Source of the DNA: Candidatus Paralachnospira sangeri
Lineage (GTDB): Bacteria > Bacillota > Clostridia > Lachnospirales > Lachnospiraceae
Assembly: GCA_904397815.1 (NCBI GenBank)
Contig: CAJFOT010000128.1
Location: 6,027-70,026, forward strand
Length of the DNA stretch: 64,000 nt
Direction: 5' to 3'
Below, one piece after another: positions 10,531 to 18,000 of the stretch (positions are counted from its first letter, which is position 1; each line of letters opens with the position of its first letter). Below the pieces are notes generated by a model. That model was given only the letters and a program-made list of their open reading frames with translations. It was not told where the DNA came from and did not search any database. The position numbers and the translations under genes are program-made.

Positions 10531-10552
10531 TATGCTATGGAGGATTGAAGCT

Positions 10553-11281
10553 ATGCAGAAGGAGCATCAGATCGTAAAAGAGGTCTATGCGGCGAAGAAA
10601 GACGCGCAGAAGGCAGATGAGCTGATCCGCGCCTATATTCCCTACATACGTTCTGAAACGTCAAAATGTATTTCCCGCCTCTGCACAGAGCAGGATGATG
10701 AGTTCAGCATCGGTATGATTGCGTTCCATGAGGCAATACTGGGATATGAAAAAGAGAAGGGCGCGTTTTTAAGCTACGCTGCCATGGTGATCCGGAGCCG
10801 CCTGATTGATTTTCAGCGCCGGGAAGCCCGGCACAGGGGGCATCTCTCCCTGAATGAGGCGCAGAACGATGAAGAGCGCACACTGATGGAGGAGCTGGCA
10901 GATGACAGAGATCATTATGAGGAATCTGTCAATCGGGAGGCAACCAGACAGGAGATTGCAGAACTGTCCGCCGTGATGAAGAACTTCGGCGTCACCTTTT
11001 CTGATGTGGCGGATAATTCGCCGAAGCAGCAGAGAACGCTGGAGGCCTGCCGCGCGGCAATCTGCTACGCCGCTGAAAACGCAGAGCTTCTCCGTGAGCT
11101 GCTGCAGACCGGAAAGCTGCCGATGGCGCAGCTGGTCCGGGGCTCCGGCGCAGAACGGAAAACTCTGGAACGCCACAGGAAATATATTCTGGCCATGCTG
11201 CTGATTCAGACCAATGGATATGAGATCATCCGCGGACATCTGCGGCACGTCCTGAAAGGGAAAGGAGGGTTGCCGGCATGA
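10553..11281 (+). CDS. sigI: RNA polymerase sigma factor SigI
   Basis: DDEFSIGMIAFHEAI, NSPKQQ, RKTLERHRKYILAM and TNGY match the B. subtilis SigI signature blocks. I chose the ATG at 10553 (GGAGG 9 nt upstream) over the track start at 10532. The stop overlaps the next gene's start (ATGA). Confidence 0.9.
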   Translation: MQKEHQIVKEVYAAKKDAQKADELIRAYIPYIRSETSKCISRLCTEQDDEFSIGMIAFHEAILGYEKEKGAFLSYAAMVIRSRLIDFQRREARHRGHLSLNEAQNDEERTLMEELADDRDHYEESVNREATRQEIAELSAVMKNFGVTFSDVADNSPKQQRTLEACRAAICYAAENAELLRELLQTGKLPMAQLVRGSGAERKTLERHRKYILAMLLIQTNGYEIIRGHLRHVLKGKGGLPA

Positions 11282-12204
11282 AATATGTGGTGATGGAATG
11301 CTGCCTGAGTTATGCGGTGGTTCTGGACGAAGAAGGCAGATTCCTTAAGGTGGCCAACATGCACTATGAGGTTGGGCAGACCGTAACAGATGTAATTGAG
11401 ATGCAGACTTCCGGCCAGACATCAGCCGGGAAGCAGAAAAAGATAAGAAAATGGATTTATTCGGCGGCGGCGGCCGCGGCGTGCCTGATCCTGGTGTTTA
11501 CCGCGTTATTCCGGACAGAACAGACGCCTTACGCTTCTGTATATATTACCATCAACCCGGAGGTGCGTGTAGATATAGACCAGAATGATACAGTTATCGG
11601 ACTGGAAGGGGTAAATGAGGATGGAAAGCAGCTGGTGGATGGGTACAGCTACCGGAAGAAGCAGCTGGATCTGGTGATGGATGAGCTGGTGGACAGAGCG
11701 ATTGAGATGGGATATCTCTATGAGGGCGGCCAGATTACGCTGACGCTGGACGCGGAAGATGATGAATGGATCGTCAGCCACAGTGAATCTCTGACAAGCC
11801 GGCTGAATGAACATTTGAGAGAGAAGATGAGCGTCACCATCGAGATCCGAGATACAAAAACGGAGAGCCATGAAATCATTATTCCTGTCACGCCGGCAGC
11901 GGAAACGTATCAGTCCTCTGACTACGGAGAAACACAGACACAGGAAAGCAGCGCTTCGCAGACAGCGCCTGAGACCAGTGCCCCGCAGACAGCGCCGCCG
12001 ACCGCAGCTCCGGAACCGGCAGACGGAGACAGCGGTTATGGTGAAGAAGCGGCTGAAGACGGCCAGTCCGCTTATGCGGAACCGAATGACGGCAGCGGAT
12101 CAGACTATGACGATGACGGGGATGACGATGGGGATGACGACAGCGATGATAACGATGATGACGGCGAAGATGGGGATGACGGCGACGATGACGATGATGA
12201 ATAA
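11278..12204 (+). CDS. rsgI: Anti-sigma-I factor RsgI: N-terminal RsgI_N domain, one TM helix, a juxtamembrane domain with an Asn-Pro motif, and an acidic disordered tail
   Basis: MKYVVMECCLSYAVVLDEEGRFLKVANMHYEVGQTV resembles the RsgI N-domain. The TM helix is WIYSAAAAAACLILVFTALF. ITINPEVRVD carries Asn93-Pro94 at 11554-11559. The tail is Ser/Thr/Pro/Ala-rich and ends in DDDGDDDGDDDSDDNDDDGEDGDDGDDDDDE. Confidence 0.85.
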   Translation: MKYVVMECCLSYAVVLDEEGRFLKVANMHYEVGQTVTDVIEMQTSGQTSAGKQKKIRKWIYSAAAAAACLILVFTALFRTEQTPYASVYITINPEVRVDIDQNDTVIGLEGVNEDGKQLVDGYSYRKKQLDLVMDELVDRAIEMGYLYEGGQITLTLDAEDDEWIVSHSESLTSRLNEHLREKMSVTIEIRDTKTESHEIIIPVTPAAETYQSSDYGETQTQESSASQTAPETSAPQTAPPTAAPEPADGDSGYGEEAAEDGQSAYAEPNDGSGSDYDDDGDDDGDDDSDDNDDDGEDGDDGDDDDDE

Positions 12205-12235
12205 AAATAGTAACACAAAAAAATATTTCCGGCGA

Positions 12236-12266
12236 CCCCATTTTTGAAAGAACAGCTCCGTATTCT
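12236..12266 (+). promoter_or_regulatory. Candidate sigma-I-type promoter P2
   Basis: An A-tract, then CCCC (12236-12239), 19 nt, then CGTATTCTGT (12259-12268). Confidence 0.5.
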
Positions 12267-12333
12267 GTAAATGTAACGAGAGGAAAGGACAGACAAGGGC
12301 TTCAAAAAAAGAAAAATAAAAAATATGGTTCCA

Positions 12334-12364
12334 CCCCACTTTTACAAAAGGGCATGCGTAATCT
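12334..12364 (+). promoter_or_regulatory. Candidate sigma-I-type promoter P3
   Basis: An A-tract, then CCCC (12334-12337), 19 nt, then CGTAATCTGT (12357-12366), about 85 nt upstream of the ATG at 12446. Confidence 0.5.
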
Positions 12365-12445
12365 GTATATGAAAGATGAAAAAGAAGCCCTTGAGAATCT
12401 CAGAGAGAATATGAAAATATTACAAAATATTGGAGGAAGATCAGT

Positions 12446-13507
12446 ATGAAAAAAATGAAAGAATTCAGAATGAAGGAAATGGCAGCAGAAAACAGAATCG
12501 GAAAAATGACGAAGTCTCTTCTGACAGCAGGCGCGGTACTGGCGTTAAGCCTTTCCTGTCTGGCGGGATGCGGACAGAATCCTGGCAGCGCAGGAACAGC
12601 AGCAGGCACACAAGCAGCAGTCAGCACAGAGACGGCAGCAGGCACAGAACTGTCGGCCGGAGGGGTACTGTTCCTGAGTGTGAATCCTGAGATCGCGATT
12701 ACCTATGATGAAAATGGAAATGTCACCAAGGTGGAGTCCCGCAACGATGAAGGAGCGAAGATATTAGAAAATTATACAGGATATGAAGGGAAAGCTACCC
12801 GCGAGGTTGTGACGGAACTGGTAACCGCAATCGGAGAAGCCGGTTATTTCGTGGAAGAGATTGAAGGCGAGGCCCGCCAGATCACCATCGAGATCGAGGC
12901 CGGCTCCACACTCCCCAATGACACCTTTCTGGATGAGGTGGCGGCAGATGTCCGCAACTGCGTAAACAGCCACGACTGGCACAGCCCGCTGGATATTCAG
13001 GGTGAGAGCGATTACGGCATGACAGAATATGACGACACGGACTACGGCCCGAATAATGACGGCGTGACTGATTATGACGACACGGACTATGGCCCGAACA
13101 ACGATGGTGTGACTGATTATGATGACACGGATTATGGTCCGAATAACGACGGCGTAACCGACTACAGCGAGACAGCAGCGACAACAACAGCAACAACAGC
13201 AGCAACAACAGCAGCAGCAACAACAGCAGCGGCAGTCTATGATGATACCGACTACGGCCCGAACAATGACGGCGTGACCGATTATGACGATACCGATTAC
13301 GGTCCGAACAACGACGGCGTGACCAACTATGACGACACGGATTACGGCCCGAACAACGACGGCGTGACCAATTATGACGATACCGACTACGGTCCGAACA
13401 ATGACGGCGTGACCGACTACAGTGACAGCGGGGATTCCAATTATGACGACGGAGGCAGCAATTATGATGCCGATGGAGAAGACGGCGACAGCGGATATGA
13501 TGATTAA
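12446..13507 (+). CDS. Secreted lipoprotein with an RsgI-ectodomain-like domain, seven 15-aa acidic repeats and an acidic tail
   Basis: The signal peptide plus lipobox is LSCLAGC. LSVNPEIAITYDENGNVTKVESRNDEGAKIL...ELVTAIGEAGY parallels RsgI residues about 88-160. The repeat YDDTDYGPNNDGVT(D/N) occurs seven times. The RBS GGAGG lies 9 nt upstream. Confidence 0.85.
   Translation: MKKMKEFRMKEMAAENRIGKMTKSLLTAGAVLALSLSCLAGCGQNPGSAGTAAGTQAAVSTETAAGTELSAGGVLFLSVNPEIAITYDENGNVTKVESRNDEGAKILENYTGYEGKATREVVTELVTAIGEAGYFVEEIEGEARQITIEIEAGSTLPNDTFLDEVAADVRNCVNSHDWHSPLDIQGESDYGMTEYDDTDYGPNNDGVTDYDDTDYGPNNDGVTDYDDTDYGPNNDGVTDYSETAATTTATTAATTAAATTAAAVYDDTDYGPNNDGVTDYDDTDYGPNNDGVTNYDDTDYGPNNDGVTNYDDTDYGPNNDGVTDYSDSGDSNYDDGGSNYDADGEDGDSGYDD
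13028..13417 (+). repeat. In-frame 45-nt tandem repeats in two blocks (3 units at 13028-13162, 4 units at 13238-13417), separated by a 75-nt segment (13163-13237) that is mostly an (ACA/GCA)n Thr/Ala linker
   Basis: The units encode YDDTDYGPNNDGVT plus D or N. The peptides are identical while the units differ at synonymous sites (for example ggcccgaataatgacggcgtg, ggcccgaacaacgatggtgtg and ggtccgaataacgacggcgta). Confidence 0.95.
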
Positions 13508-14198
13508 GGCGGAGAAGAAACCGCTCCGACTGCGGCATGAACGGAAACATGTGATAAACCCTCAGGATGACCTGGAATTGTCCGGACGCCTGCGCAGACT
13601 GTTCTCCCATGACAAACACGCTGACTCACACGGGATCTACCGTGTGAGCAGCCTGTACTTTGATACGCCCTATGACAAGGCGCTCCGGCAGAAAGCGGAC
13701 GGCGTGGACCGCAGAGAAAAATTCCGGCTCAGGTTTTACAATGGAGACACTTCCTTTATCCGTCTGGAGAAAAAAATCAAGATGAATGGTCTGTGCGGGA
13801 AATACAGCGCCCGGCTGACGGCCGGGCAGACAGAACTGCTGCTGAAAGGAGAACTGGATTTTCTGAAAAACAGCGGCGATCCTCTTTTGCTGGAACTCTA
13901 CAGCAAAATGCAGGGGCAGCTCCTTGCGCCGAAAACTATTGTGACGTATGACCGGGAGGCTTTCCTGTACGGCCCCGGAAATGTAAGGATTACGATAGAC
14001 CGGAACCTGCGTACCGGCCTGGGCAGCACTGATTTTCTGAACCCGGAACTGTTTCATGTCGGTGTTTCGGACGGCATGGCGGTTTTAGAAGTCAAGTATG
14101 ATCAGTTTCTGCCGGAGCTGGTCAGAATGGCGGTTCAGACACCCAACCGGCAGACGGCCCCCTTTTCCAAATATGCGGTCTGCCGGAAATACGACTGA
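13497..14198 (+). CDS. VTC-domain (triphosphate-tunnel, polyphosphate-polymerase-like) protein
   Basis: YRVSSLYFDTPYDKALRQKADGVDRREKFRLRFY... is typical of bacterial VTC/TTM domain proteins. I chose the ATG at 13497, which overlaps the upstream stop by 11 nt. The track ORF starts further upstream inside the lipoprotein gene. Confidence 0.8.
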   Translation: MMIKAEKKPLRLRHERKHVINPQDDLELSGRLRRLFSHDKHADSHGIYRVSSLYFDTPYDKALRQKADGVDRREKFRLRFYNGDTSFIRLEKKIKMNGLCGKYSARLTAGQTELLLKGELDFLKNSGDPLLLELYSKMQGQLLAPKTIVTYDREAFLYGPGNVRITIDRNLRTGLGSTDFLNPELFHVGVSDGMAVLEVKYDQFLPELVRMAVQTPNRQTAPFSKYAVCRKYD

Positions 14199-14216
14199 TG
14201 GCAGGAGGACTTTTTT

Positions 14217-14888
14217 ATGACGTTTCAGAATATTTTTCAATCTTCCTTTTTGGAAAACGTGTCGGCGATTCCGCCCTTCGATATGGCGCTGGCGCTGATT
14301 CTGGCCTTTCTGACCGGCCTGTTCATATTTTTTGTGTATAAAAAGACCTATGCCGGCGTGATGTATTCAGCCACCTTCGGCATCAGCCTGATTGCCCTCT
14401 GCATGATCACGGCGCTGCTGATCCTGGCGGTGACCAGCAATATCGTTCTTTCTCTGGGAATGGTGGGCGCCCTCTCGATCGTCCGGTTCCGGACGGCGGT
14501 GAAGGAACCCTTCGATATTGTGTTTCTGTTCTGGGCTATCGCGGCGGGGATTGTACTGGCTTCCGGTTTTATTCCGCTGGCAGTTCTGGGCAGTATGCTG
14601 ATTGGTCTGGTTCTGATGGTTTTTTCCCGGTATAAGGGATTTGAAAAGCCCTATATTCTGGTGCTTCACTGTGAGAATGATGAGACAGAGAAGGCTGCTT
14701 TTTCCTTTCTGGACGGAAAGGCAGGGAGGATCTGCCTGAAAAGCAAGAGTGTGGCGCCCGGCTGTATTGAGCTGCATTATGAAGTGCGCCTGAAGGACGG
14801 GGATACGGATTTTATCAATCAGCTGTCCCAGCTGCCCGGTGTGTCCCACATTGTGATGGTGTCCTACAATGGCGATTATATGAGCTGA
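14217..14888 (+). CDS. DUF4956-family membrane protein
   Basis: 223 aa with 4-5 TM helices and then a soluble C-terminal domain of about 70 aa. It occupies the characteristic neighbourhood between VTC and CotH genes. The RBS AGGAGG is present. Confidence 0.75.
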   Translation: MTFQNIFQSSFLENVSAIPPFDMALALILAFLTGLFIFFVYKKTYAGVMYSATFGISLIALCMITALLILAVTSNIVLSLGMVGALSIVRFRTAVKEPFDIVFLFWAIAAGIVLASGFIPLAVLGSMLIGLVLMVFSRYKGFEKPYILVLHCENDETEKAAFSFLDGKAGRICLKSKSVAPGCIELHYEVRLKDGDTDFINQLSQLPGVSHIVMVSYNGDYMS

Positions 14889-16297
14889 TGCCTATGATGA
14901 GATCCCGATATATTGACATGATCTGTATTCTGGGCGCTGCCGCGGCCCTGACGCTGACAGTTCTCTTTATGAATGGCGAGAAACTGGGGCTAACGCCCGC
15001 ATCCTCGATTCCCGGATATGAGACGCGGCTTTTCGACCCGTCGAGGGTACATACCATTGACATAATCATAGAGGACTGGGAGGGGTTTCTGGACAGCGCG
15101 CCGGAAGAGGAATACAGTCCGTGTACACTGATTATCGACGGAGAAGCCTTTTCCAATGTGGCATTGCGGGCGAAGGGAAATAATTCCCGGCGGCTGACAG
15201 AGGAATACGGACTGGACCGGTACAGCCTGAAGGTGGAATTCGACCATTATACTTACAGCAGCTACTATGGCCTGGATAAGTTTTCCCTGGACGCATCTTT
15301 TCAGGACAACAGTTATATGAAAACCTGGATTGCCTATGACATGATGGCGTATATGGGAGTTCCCACACCCCTGTGCAGCTATGTGTGGGTGCGGGTGAAC
15401 GGAGAGGACTGGGGGCTGTTTCTGGCGGTGGAGGAGCCGGAGGAGGCATTTGCCAGGAGAAACTTCGGAAAGGATTACGGGCAGCTGTATAAGCCGGATT
15501 ACAGGTCTCTGAATGATGAAAACGCGGATGTAGCTCTCCGCTATACGGATGATGATATCGACAGCTATGACAATATATTCCGCAACGCAAAATTTAACCC
15601 GTCCGACGGGGATAAGAGAGCGCTGATCGGGGCGCTGAAAACCCTTTCCTCCGGTGAAAATCTGGAATCCGCGGTGAATGTGGATGAGGTGCTGAGATAT
15701 TTTACGGTGCAGGTTTTTGTGGTAAATCTGGACAGCTATCTGGGGCGCACCGGACATAACTATTTTCTGTATGAAGAGGATGGGCGGATCAGCATCCTGC
15801 CCTGGGATTATAATCTGGCCTTTGCCACCTATTCTCTGGGGATGCCTGACCCGGTCAATGATTCCACCCTATATGTCAATTATCCCATTAACACGCCGGC
15901 TGCCGGAGAGGTGATGCTGAACCGTCCCCTCTACCATAATCTGATGAAGCACGATGAATATTTCGCCCGGTATCACGCGTATTTCGACCAGCTGATCGGG
16001 GGATATTTCGAGAGCGGATATTTTGAGGATTTTATAGATCAGACGCTGGAAATGATCCGCCCCTGGGCGGAGAAAGACCCGACAGCTTTCTGCTCTTATG
16101 AGGACTTTCTCCTGGGAGTGGATACTATAAAGGAATTTTGTCTGCTGCGGGCAGAGAGTGTGAGAGGACAGCTGGATGGAGAGATCCCTTCCACAATCAG
16201 AGGGCAGACGGAAGACAGCAGTTCCTTCGTGAATGCCTCCTCTGTATGGCTGCCGGATATGGGTGAGATCGCGGATCTGGAGGACGGTGTCCGCTGA
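14888..16297 (+). CDS. cotH: CotH-family atypical protein kinase, membrane-anchored and extracytoplasmic
   Basis: 469 aa. The N-terminal anchor is MICILGAAAALTLTVLF. The conserved CotH core is GHNYFLYEEDGRISILPWDYNLAF. The start overlaps the DUF4956 stop (TGATG). Confidence 0.85.
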   Translation: MPMMRSRYIDMICILGAAAALTLTVLFMNGEKLGLTPASSIPGYETRLFDPSRVHTIDIIIEDWEGFLDSAPEEEYSPCTLIIDGEAFSNVALRAKGNNSRRLTEEYGLDRYSLKVEFDHYTYSSYYGLDKFSLDASFQDNSYMKTWIAYDMMAYMGVPTPLCSYVWVRVNGEDWGLFLAVEEPEEAFARRNFGKDYGQLYKPDYRSLNDENADVALRYTDDDIDSYDNIFRNAKFNPSDGDKRALIGALKTLSSGENLESAVNVDEVLRYFTVQVFVVNLDSYLGRTGHNYFLYEEDGRISILPWDYNLAFATYSLGMPDPVNDSTLYVNYPINTPAAGEVMLNRPLYHNLMKHDEYFARYHAYFDQLIGGYFESGYFEDFIDQTLEMIRPWAEKDPTAFCSYEDFLLGVDTIKEFCLLRAESVRGQLDGEIPSTIRGQTEDSSSFVNASSVWLPDMGEIADLEDGVR

Positions 16298-16309
16298 CTG
16301 GCAGACTGG

Positions 16310-17773
16310 TTACAGAAGTCTGTGCTTCTGCTGATACAGCTCCAGAATATCGACAGACAGCTGACAGTATTTGCGGGCGTAGGCATCGTCCAGACTGTGC
16401 TCCAGAATTTCCTGGATTTTCCGGATCCGGTACAGAACGGTATTCCGGTGAGTAAACAGCGCTGTGCTGGCCCGGGAGACAGAACGCTCATTGTCCAGAA
16501 ATATCTTCAGGGTGTGGAACAGCTCGTCCCCGTTTACCTGGCTCTGTTCCCACAGCTGGATCACCGCGGGCATGCAGGCATGTACCGACTTGATCAGAGA
16601 GTCGGATTCGACGATATAATCAATGGCATAATCGAAGAAATCATAATAGTTATCCTGGGGATGGAACATTTTTCCGGTGGCGGCGGCATAGGCGGCCTGG
16701 GCGTACAGATAGCCGGCCTGCTCGATGCCTTTGCAGGGCAGGCTGAAGCTGACCTTCACCGGATTGCGTGCCTCCAGGTAGCGGAAAAATTCCTGCATGG
16801 CCGGATCTTTCCGGAGGTTCCGGTTGGAAAACATCAGAATATAGGGCTGTTTTTTCATAACAATACAATTCTTTACCTGCTGGAGGATAACCTGCATTAC
16901 CAGATCCAGGCTCCTGTCCGGATCGCCCCGCCCGTCCTGACTGACAATTTCTGCCAGAGCCAGATAGTAGCAGTCGTCGGCATTCCATCCCTGGTATTCC
17001 AGCTGGGTTTCCAGCAGCTTTTCATCGTAAGCATTTCCGAACAGAATGTTGTAGAACACATTGGTATTATTCAGAAAGCTTTCATAATAAATCTGTCCCA
17101 GGCTGGGTTCCAGCATGGCGGCTATGTACTCCAGCAGCTGCCAGTCGCCTGGGTTGGTGGCACGTTCCTTTTCCAGGACGGTAATCCTTCCGCACACAGC
17201 GTCATTGCAGTATAAACAATAGGAAATGCCGTTGTAGGCCAGGGTCTTATTGCGGGAGAAGCGGAAGGACTGGGTGCCATGCTGCCAGAAATCTGCGGCG
17301 GTGTGGTTATTCCGCATCTGCTGCATGGCGTTCAGAGAGGTGTAGCCGTACTGACAGAGATAGGCCCATTCCTCGTCCAGCGAGTCGGCCGGATACTGTC
17401 TGGTGATGGCCAGCACACGGCTGTTGCCGTCCAGAATCATCATAGGATTTTGAAAGACCTGCCACGCCAGGTCGATCACACCCTGGTAATCTCTCCGGCG
17501 GATCAGCTGAATCAGCTGGTCGGCCCAATCCTGGAAATAATCGAAGACACTCTGGATAATTTCCACCCCCTGAGTGACGTCCATATTGTGGACGCGGATG
17601 GTATCTCCCTCGCCGCTGCAGACCAGATCTTCCCCTTCCCGGTATACATGTACACAGTTTGTGGCATAAACCCGGCGGGCGCTTTTCAGCACAACGGGGG
17701 CATTATTTTTAATATCCAGAACCATATCCAGGGAAGACAGGCGGTTGGCGATCATCCACATACTCAGCTTCAT
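16310..17773 (-). CDS. PucR-family transcriptional regulator
   Basis: 487 aa. The C-terminal PucR-type HTH is SVSRASTALFTHRNTVLYRIRKIQEIL. It is divergent from the transporter operon. Confidence 0.85.
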   Translation of the reverse strand: MKLSMWMIANRLSSLDMVLDIKNNAPVVLKSARRVYATNCVHVYREGEDLVCSGEGDTIRVHNMDVTQGVEIIQSVFDYFQDWADQLIQLIRRRDYQGVIDLAWQVFQNPMMILDGNSRVLAITRQYPADSLDEEWAYLCQYGYTSLNAMQQMRNNHTAADFWQHGTQSFRFSRNKTLAYNGISYCLYCNDAVCGRITVLEKERATNPGDWQLLEYIAAMLEPSLGQIYYESFLNNTNVFYNILFGNAYDEKLLETQLEYQGWNADDCYYLALAEIVSQDGRGDPDRSLDLVMQVILQQVKNCIVMKKQPYILMFSNRNLRKDPAMQEFFRYLEARNPVKVSFSLPCKGIEQAGYLYAQAAYAAATGKMFHPQDNYYDFFDYAIDYIVESDSLIKSVHACMPAVIQLWEQSQVNGDELFHTLKIFLDNERSVSRASTALFTHRNTVLYRIRKIQEILEHSLDDAYARKYCQLSVDILELYQQKHRLL

Positions 17774-18000
17774 AAAACAGCACTCCTTTTTTTATATCGT
17801 TTAAATTGTCCGACTAATATGCATAATTATCCAGGGTACTTTTGTATTTTAGATAAAATTCAGAGGGAAGAACAGAGATTGAATTTACAAAATTTACAGA
17901 TTACTGACGAAGGAAAATTGTGCGGGGGATACATGGCAACCTGCTACAGGTCCGGTATAATAAAGACATCGAATTTCACAGCAAGGGGGTTGCATGATTT

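Noticed and set aside
11870-12339. Several overlapping 66-125-aa ORFs on both strands across the end of rsgI and the downstream spacer.
   Set aside because: They are alternative-frame readings of the GAT/GAC poly-Asp-coding DNA and give His/Arg/Met- or Ser/Pro-rich nonsense. They have no RBS.
13028-13417. Regularly spaced 45-nt direct repeats that might be mistaken for a CRISPR-like array.
   Set aside because: The repeats are contiguous with no spacers, are in frame within a long ORF that has a signal peptide, and vary only at synonymous positions. No cas genes are present.
12882-13619. A 245-aa minus-strand ORF with a poly-Leu run and repeated RRRCS/HNWS units.
   Set aside because: It is the antisense reading of the in-frame 45-nt repeats and the (ACA/GCA)n linker of the lipoprotein gene. 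Its repeats merely mirror the sense-strand repeats.
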